From the NCBI GenBank assembly GCA_963666515.2, contig OY762897.2:3904001-3968000 (forward strand): a stretch of 64,000 nucleotides of DNA, written 5' to 3'. Shown here one piece after another: positions 35,601 through 44,600 of this stretch. Position 1 is the first letter of the stretch. Each line of letters opens with the position of its first letter. The translations under genes were made by a program, and so were the position numbers. This DNA comes from Candidatus Binatia bacterium (GTDB lineage Bacteria > Desulfobacterota > Binatia > UBA9968 > JAJDTQ01). Below the pieces are notes generated by a model, which worked only from the letters and a program-made list of their open reading frames with translations, did no database searches and was not told where the DNA came from.

Positions 35601-38600
35601 GGCGGGGACCGCGGGTCCCTGGACGACACGCGCTGGACGCAGCCTGCGCTGTACGCCTTGGAGGCGGGGCTGGCGGCGTTGTGGGGGAGCGTGGGGGTGA
35701 GGCCGGCTGCGGTGCTGGGGCACAGCGTGGGGGAGATCGCGGCGGCGTACGCTGCGGGGGTGTTCTCGCTGGAGGCGGGGATGCGGTTTGCGGCGAGGCG
35801 CGGGGAGTTGATGGGGTCGTTGCCGGCTGCGGGGCCGGATGCGGGGGCGATGGCAGCGGTGTTTGCGCCGGCGGCAGGAGTGGAGGCTCTGGTGGCGGCG
35901 GTGAACGTGGAGATGGGGAGCGAGCGCTTGGGCATGGCGGCGTACAACGGAGCACACCAGGTGGTGAGCGGGCTGGCGGGAGCAGTGGAGGCGATGCTGG
36001 AGCGGTGCGCGCGGGAAGGGGTGCGCGCGGAGCGTTTGCGTGTGAGCCAGGGGTTCCACAGCGTTCTGATGGATCCGATCCTCGATGAGTTGGAGGGTTT
36101 GCTGGCGGGGGTGGACGTGACGGGGCCGGCGGTGGCGCTGGTCAGCGACGTGACCGGCGGAGTGCTGCCGGCGGGGGAGGCGATGGACGGGGCCTACTGG
36201 CGGCGGCAGGCGCGGGAGCCGGTGGCGTTCGGCGCCGGGGTGGCGGCGTTGGCGGGGATGGGAGTGGACGTGCTGGTGGAGTTGGGACCGCGGCCGGTGC
36301 TGGGAGGGATGGCGGCGCTGGCCTGGCCGGTGGAGGAGGGTGGAGGGAACGTCTCCGGGGAGCCGGGCGCGCGGTTCGGGGGACCGGTGGTGCTGACGAG
36401 TCTGAAGGGGCGTGGCGGCGGTGGCGGGGATGGGTCTTCGGACGGGGGCTTCGTGGAAGCGGTGGGAGGTGCGTACGCGTCGGGATTGGCGCTGGGCTTC
36501 GAGGGGTTGTTCGTGGGCGAGGAGCGCCGCCGGGTGTCGTTGCCCGGCTATCCGTTTCAGCGGCAGCGTTACTGGGCGGACGCTCCGAGACGGCGCCGCC
36601 GGGCCGGGGGTTTGGAGCACCCGTTGCTGGGAGAGCGGCGGGAGTTGCCGGGGGGGGAGACGACGTTCGAGACGGAGTTGTACGCGACGGAGCCGGCGTG
36701 GCTGTCGGAGCACCGGGTATTCGGGCAGGTGGCGGCGCCGGGGGCGATGTACGGGGCGATGGCGCTGAGCGCGGCGTCGCTGACGGGAGGGTCGAGGTAC
36801 GGCAGTGTGACGGGCGGCGGGGTGGCGGTGGAGGAGGTGCAGATTCATGCGCCGCTGGTGTTGCCGGAAGGGGAGGGTGATGGTGACGAGCCGGGCCGTA
36901 CGGTGTTTGTGGCGGTGGCGGCGATGGAGGCGGGGGGGTCGCGGCCGGTGAAGATCTACAGCAAGGGGGAGGACGAGAAGGAATGGACCCTGCACGCGGA
37001 AGCCCGGACGGGTGGCGGCGACGCGGTGCGGCAAGCGCCGGCCCGGTTGGACGTGGAGGCGTTGAAGAAGGGTCTGTCGGAACTGGACACCGCGGAGTTC
37101 TATCGCGGGTTTGCGGCCGCGGGGGTGGAGTTCGGGGGGAGTTTTCGGACGGTGCAGGGGTTGTGGCGCGGTCCGGGCGAGGCAGTGGGCGACGTGTGCT
37201 TGGGGGAGGGATGGAAGGATGGGGAGGCGGGTCTCCATCCGGTGTTGCTGGACGGGTGTTTTCAGGTGCTGGGGGCGGCGTTGGGGGCGGGCGCGGAGGA
37301 AGAGGGGCGGGGAACCGCGGCAGGCGGGGCGACGTACCTGCCTTTCGGCTGGGAGCGGTTGTGGGTGGAGGGGGAGATGCCGGAGCGTGTGACGTGCCAC
37401 GCGCGGGTGTGCGGGGTGGATGGCGGCGGCGACGGAGGCGATGAGGGGAAGGGGTCGCCGGCGGAGGTCGTGACCGCGGACCTGTGTCTGTACGGCGATG
37501 ACGGCCGGTTGGTGGGGGAGGTATCGGGTCTGGTGCTGAAGCGGGCGAGCCGGTCGGCGTTTCTGTCCGGGGCGGTTCGGACGGAGGATCTGTTGTATGC
37601 GCCGGTGTGGCGTAAGGCGGGGTTGGAGGGGGAGGTGAGAGAGGCGGATTTTCTGGTGTCGCCGGCGGAGGCGGAGGAGGAGTCGGGGTTGTGGGTGTTG
37701 TCGTCGGACGATGATGGCGAGGGGTTGTCGTTGGCGGAGGAGTTGGCGGGGCGGAACCAGCGGGTGGTGTTGGCGGTGGGCGAGGGGGCGGCGGGGGTGG
37801 AGGGGCCGGGAGTGCGAGGGGTGGAGGTGGTCGGGCTGGACATGAGGAGCCGGGGGGGATGGCACAGGTTGCTGGAGGGGTTGCCGGAGGAAGCACGGTT
37901 GCGGGGAGTGGTGCACCTGGGGGCGTTGTCGGGGCACGGGAGCGGGGCGGGATCAGCGGAGTTGGCGGCGGACGTGGAGCGCGGGACGGGAAGCGCGTTG
38001 GCGCTGGCGCAGGGACTGGTGGACGCGGGCATTGAGCCGAGCGGGGGCATGTGGCTGGTGACGCGGGGGGCGCAGGTGGTGGACGGCGAGCGCGGGGGGG
38101 AGTTGTCGGGGTCGGCGCTGTGGGGGCTGGGAAAGACGCTGGCGCTGGAAGCGGGACAACTGAAGCCCCGGCTGGTGGACCTGGACCCGGAAGATGAGAC
38201 CGGGAGTGGAGTGTTGGTGGAGGAATTGCTGCATCCGGACCGGGAGACGGAGGTGGCGTATCGGGGCGGCAGCCGGCGGGTGCTGCGGCTGGTGCGAGGT
38301 GGAACGCGGCTGGTGCTGCCGGAGGGAGCGGATTGGCGGCTGGTTTCGGGTGCGGACGGACTGTTGGAGAGCGTAAGGGCGGAGCGGGTTCCGGCGCGGG
38401 CTCTGGGGTCCGGGGAGTTGCGGGTGGCGGTGGAGGCTGCGGGACTGAACTTTCGAGACGTGATGGTGGCGCTGAGGCTGGTGGACCTGGATGCTTCCCT
38501 GGGAGGCGAGTTTTGCGGGCGGGTGCTGGAGGTGGGCGCGGAGGTGACGGGCTTCTCGGCTGGCGACCGGGTGGTGGGCTTCGCTCCCGGTGGGTTGGGG

Positions 38601-41600
38601 CCGGAGGCGGTGACGCGAGCGGAGGTGGTGGCGCGGGCGCCGGCGGGGATGACGCCGGCGGAGTTGGCGACGGTTCCGGTAGTGTTCACGACGGTGGCGC
38701 TGGCGTTCGAGTTGTCGGGTCTGAAGGGTGGGGAGCGGGTGCTGGTGCACGCCGGTGCGGGGGGAGTGGGTTTGGCGGCGATCCAGATGGCGCAGAGTCT
38801 GGGGGCGGAGGTGTATGCGACGGCGAGTGCGCCGAAGCGGCGTTACCTGGAGTCGCTGGGGGTGGCGGAAGTGTTCGACAGCCGGAGCACGCGGTTCGGG
38901 GAGGAGGTTCTGGGGGCGACGGGTGGAGAGGGCGTGGACGTGGTGCTGAACAGTCTGACGGGGGAGGGCTTCATCGAGGCGAGCCTGTGGTGCCTGAAGG
39001 AGGGTGGGCGGTTTGTGGAGATCGGCAAGCGGGGGATATGGAGCGAGGAGGGGATGAGGAAGGCGCGTCCGGACGTGGACTACCATGTATTGGCGCTGGA
39101 CCGATTGCTGGAGGCGGAGCCGGGGCGAGTGGGCAGGGTGTTGCGGGGAGTGACGGAGCGGGTGGGAGCGGCGGAGCTGCAGCCGTTGCGGCGGAGCGTG
39201 TGGGGAATGGGAGAGGCGGTGGAGGCGATGGAGTACATGAGTTCGGGGCGTCACGTGGGCAAGCTGGTGCTGCGTGTATCGTCCGGAGGGCTGCGGGAGG
39301 ACGGGACGTATCTGGTGACGGGGGGGCTGGGGGGCATCGGGTTGGAGTTGGCAGGGTGGCTGGCGGACCACGGGGCGCGGAGCATGGTGTTGAACGGCCG
39401 GCGTGAGCCGGAGGGGGCGGCGATGGCGGCGGTGGAAGCATTGCGGGAGCGGGGAGTGGATGTGCGAGTGGAGTTGGCGGACGTGGCGGATGGGGATGCG
39501 GTGGCGGCGATGGTGGAACGGATGGACCGCGAGTTGCCGCCACTGGCGGGGGTGTTCCACAGCGTGGGTGTGTTGGCGGACGGGGCGTTGGGGAATCAGG
39601 ACTGGGGTCGGTTCGAGCGTGTGCTGTGGCCGAAGGTGTTGGGGGCATGGCATCTGCACCGTGCGACGGAAGCGCGGGAGTTGGACCTGTTCGTGCTGTT
39701 TTCGAGCGTGACGGGGGTGTTGGGGAACGCGGGACAGGCGAACCATGCGGCGGCGAATGCGTTTTTGGACCAGTTGGCGCGGCATCGGCGGGCCTTGGGT
39801 CTGGCGGGGCAGTCGATCGCGTGGGGGGCATGGTCGGGGGTGGGCGAGGCGGAGGAGCAGCGGGAGCGGATCGGGGAGCGGCTGGCGGCCTCGGGAGCCG
39901 GCTGGATGACGCCGCGGCAGGGACTGGGGGTGTTGGAGCGGGTGGTTCGTGGGGGCGAGGCGACGAGCGTGGCGACGATGATGGACTGGGAGTCGTATGG
40001 GGCGGGGCCGCGGGACGTGCCGCCGTTGCTGGAGGAGTTGGTGACGGTGTCGGGCGTGGGAGAGGGGGCGAGCCGTGCGGGAGAGTTGCTGGATCGGGTG
40101 AGGGAGGCGGCGGCGTCGGAGCGGGAGGGTTTGTTGCTGGAGTTCGTTCAGGGGGAGTTGCAGGAGGTGTTGCAGACGAGGTCGTTGCCGGCGGCGGGTG
40201 TGGGTTTTTTCGATTTGGGGATGGACTCGTTGATGGCGGTGGATTTTCGGAACCGGTTGAACCGGGGATTGGGAGGGGCGGTGGTGTTGTCGAGCACGGT
40301 GGTTTTCGACCACGGGAGCGCGGCGGCGTTGGCTCGGCACTTGGCGGAGGAGTTGGGGGTTCGCGAGGTTTCGGAGGGGGTGTTGCGTCGGCGGCGTGTG
40401 GTGGGCGGCGGGGAGGATGGGATTGCGGTGGTGGGTATGGCGTGCCGTTTCCCCGGAGGCGGAGGCGTGGACGGGTTCTGGCGGCTGCTGGACTCCGGCG
40501 GAGATGCCGTCACGAACGGCCGCGGGACGCAGGCTGGCGGAGGCCGGACCGGGCAGGTCCTGGAAGGATCGTGGACGGGCTGGGGCGGTTTCATCGAGGA
40601 CGTGGAGCTGTTCGATGCGGAGTTTTTCCGGATCGCGCCGGTGGAGGCGCGGTTGCTGGACCCGCAGCATCGGCTGCTGCTGGAGACGAGTTGGGAGGCA
40701 TTGGAGTCCGCGGGAATGGACACGGGGCGCCTGAAGGGCAGCCGGACGGGGGTCTATGCGGGGATATCCGGCAATGCCTACGGGAGCCTGGCGGCGGTGG
40801 TGAAGGAGGAGTCGGCGAACCTGTACCTAGCCACGGGGAACAGCGGCGCCACGGCCATCGGCCGGGTGGCGTTCACGCTGGGGCTGGAGGGACCGGCCGT
40901 GGCGGTGGACACGGCGTGCTCGGCGTCCTTGGTGGCGGTGCACCAGGCGGTGTCGGGCTTGCGTACGGGCGATGCGGATCTGGCGTTGGCCGGGGGAGTG
41001 AATGTACTGCTGTCGCTGGGGGCGGAGGAGTTCAGCGTCGAGGGGATGCTGTCGCCGGACGGGCGGTGCAAGACGTTCGACGCGTCGGCGGACGGGTTCG
41101 TGCGGGGCGAGGGGTGCGGGATGGTGGTGCTGAAGCGGCTGCGGGACGCGGAGGCGGACGGGGACCGGATCTGGGGCGTGATCCGGGGTTCGGCCATAAA
41201 CCACGACGGCGCGAGCGCCGGCCTGACGGTGCCGAACGGGTCGGCGCAGGAGCGTGTGATCCGGGAAGCGCTGAGACGGGCGGGGCTGGAGTCCTGGGAG
41301 GTGGATTACCTGGAGGCGCACGGCACCGGGACGGAGTTGGGGGACCCGATCGAAATTCATGCGGCTGCGGCGGTGTACGGGGCGGGGCGGGATGGGGCGC
41401 AGCCGTTGCGGGTGGGGTCGGTGAAGACGAACGTGGGGCACCTGGAGGCGGCTGCGGGGGTGGCGGGTTTGATGAAGGTGCTGCTGTCCATGAATCATGG
41501 GGTGATCCCGAAGCACCTGCACTTCCGGGAGCCGAACCCCCACATGGACTGGGAGCGGCTGCTGGTGCGGGTGGCGTCGGAGCCGGAGGCTTGGCCGCGG

Positions 41601-44600
41601 AGGGAGGGGCGTCCGGCGCGCGCTGCGGTGAGTTCGTTCGGGATATCGGGGACCAACGCTCACGTGGTTCTGGAGGAATACGGTGAAGCCGCGGGGCCGG
41701 AGGAGGACAGGTTGCCGGGAGGGCCGGCGGTAACGGTGGGGTGGCCGGAAGGGACAGACGAGGGCCGGCCGGAGGCGAACGGCGGCATGGGGACGGCGGA
41801 GCGGGCGCGCCGTGTGCTGGCGCTGTCGGGTCGGACGGAAGGGGCGGTGCGGGAGTTGGCGGGTCGGTACGTGGAGTGGCTGGAAGAGCGCGCCGGGTTG
41901 CTGTCCCCCGTCGACGCCGAATGCGAGAGGGGTGCGTCTTCGGGTCGGGAGTTGCTGGCGGACATGGCCTGGACCGCGGGAGTGGGGCGGAGCCATCACG
42001 GCTGCCGCGCGGGGCTGACGTTCGGGGAGGCGGGGGAGTTGCGGGAGAAGCTGGCGGGGTTGGCGAGCGGGAGCGACGCGGGTCCGGGGGTATCGACGGC
42101 ACGGGAGACGGGAGGAGCGCCGAAGGTGGGGTTTCTGTTCACGGGCCAGGGGAGCCAGTGGGCGGGTATGGGACGGGATCTGTACGAGGGGGAGGCGGTG
42201 TTCCGGGCGGTGTTGGACCGCTGCGAGGAAGAGGTGAAGCGTCTGCGTGGCGAGTCTTTGCTGGCGGTCATGTTCGGGGAAGGGGGGGACCGCGGGTCCC
42301 TGGACGACACGCGTTGGACGCAGCCTGCGCTGTACGCCTTGGAGGCGGGGTTGGCGGCGTTGTGGGGGAGCGTGGGGGTGAGGCCGGCTGCGGTGCTGGG
42401 GCACAGCGTTGGGGAGATCGCGGCGGCGTACGCCGCGGGGGTGTTCTCGCTGGAGGCGGGGATGCGGTTTGCGGCGAGGCGCGGGGAGTTGATGGGGTCG
42501 TTGCCGGATGCGGGGCCGGCGGCGGGGGCGATGGCAGCGGTGTTTGCGCCGGCGGCAGGAGTGGAGGCGCTGGTGGCGGTGGTGAACGGGGAGATGGGGA
42601 GCGAGCGCTTGGGCATGGCGGCGTACAACGGAGCACACCAGGTGGTGAGCGGGCGGGCGGGAGCAGTGGAGGAGATGCTGGAGCGGTGCGCGCGGGAAGG
42701 GGTGCGCGCGGAGCGTTTGCGGGTGAGCCACGGGTTCCACAGCGTTCTGATGGATCCGATCCTCGAGGAGTTGGAGGGTTTGCTGGCGGGGGTGGACGTG
42801 ACGGCGCCGGCGGTGGCGCTGGTCAGCGACGTGACCGGCGGAGTGCTGCCGGCGGGGGAGGCGATGGACGGGGCCTACTGGCGGCGGCAGGCGCGGGAGC
42901 CGGTGGCGTTCGGCGCCGGCGTGGCGGCGTTGGCGGGGATGGGAGTGGACGTGCTGGTGGAGTTGGGACCGCGGCCGGTGCTGGGAGGGATGGCGGCGCT
43001 GGCCTGGCCGGTGGAGGAGGGGGGAGGGAACGTCTCCGGGGAGCCGGGCGCGCGGTTCGGGGGACCGGTGGTGCTGACGAGTCTGAAGGGACGTGCTGGC
43101 GGTGACGGGGATGGATCTTCGGACGGGGGCTTCGTGGAAGCGGTGGGAGGCGCGTACGCGTCGGGATTGGCGCTGGGCTTCGAGGGGTTGTTCGTGGGCG
43201 AGGAGCGCCGCCGGGTGTCGTTGCCCGGCTATCCGTTTCAGCGGCAGCGTTACTGGGCGGACGCGCCGAGACGGCGCCGCCGGGCCGGGGGTTTGGACCA
43301 CCCGTTGCTGGGCGAGCGGCGGGAGTTGCCGGGCGGCGAGACGACGTTCGAGACGGAGTTGTACGCGACGGAGCCGGCGTGGCTGTCGGACCACCGGGTA
43401 TTCGGGCAGGTGGCGGCGCCGGGGGCGATGTACGGGGCGATGGCGCTGAGCGCGGCGTCGCTGGCGGGAGGGTCGAGGTACGGCAGTGTGACGAGCGGCG
43501 GGGTGGCGGTGGAGGAGGTGCAGATTCATGCGCCGCTGGTGTTGCCGGAAGGGGAGGGCGATGGTGACGAGCCGGGCCGTACGGTGTTTGTGGCGGTGGC
43601 GGCGATGGAGGCGGCGGGGTCGCGGCCGGTGAAGATCTACAGCAAGGGGGAGGACGAGAAGGCATGGACCCTGCACGCGGAAGCCCGGACGGGTGGCGGC
43701 GACGCGGTGCGGCAAGCGCCGGCCCGGTTGGACGTGGAGGCGTTGAAGAAGGGTCTGTCGGAACTGGACACCGCGGAGTTCTATCGCGGGTTTGCGGCCG
43801 CGGGGGTGGAGTTGGGGGGGAGTTTCCGGACGGTGCAGGGGTTGTGGCGCGGTCCGGGCGAGGCAGTGGGCGACGTGTGCCTGGGGGAGGGGTGGAAGGA
43901 TGGGGAGGCGGGGCTCCATCCGGTGTTGCTGGACGGGTGTTTTCAGGTGCTGGGGGCGGCGTTGGGGGCGGGCGCGGAGGAAGAGGGGCGGGAAACCGCG
44001 GCAGGCGGAGCGACGTACCTGCCTTTCGGCTGGGAGCGGTTGTGGGTGGTGGGGGAGATGCCGGAGCGTGTGACGTGCCACGCGCGGGTGTGCGGGGTGG
44101 AGGCCGGCGGCGACGGAGGCGATGAGGGGGAGGGGTCGCCGGCGGAGGTAGTGACCGCGGACCTGTGGCTGTACGGCGATGACGGCCGGTTGGTGGGGGA
44201 GGTATCGGGTCTGGTGCTGAAGCGGGCGAGCCGGTCGGCGTTTTCATCCGGGGCGGTTCGGACGGAGGATCTGTTGTATGCGCCGGTGTGGCGTAAGGCG
44301 GGGTTCGAGGGGAAGGTGAGAGAGGCGGATTTTCCGGTGTCGCCGGCGGAGGTGGAGGAGGAATCGGGGTTGTGGGTGTTGTCGTCGGACGATGATGGCG
44401 AGGGGTCGGCGTTGGCGGAGGAGTTGGCGGGGCGGAACCAGCGGGTGGTGTTGGCGGTGGGCGAGGGGGCGGCGGGGGTGGAGGGGCCGGGAGTGCGTGG
44501 GGTGGAGGTGGTCGGGCTGGACATGAGGTGCCGGGGGGGATGGCACAGGTTGCTGGAGGGGCTGCCGGAGGAAGCACGGTTGCGCGGAGTGGTGCACCTG

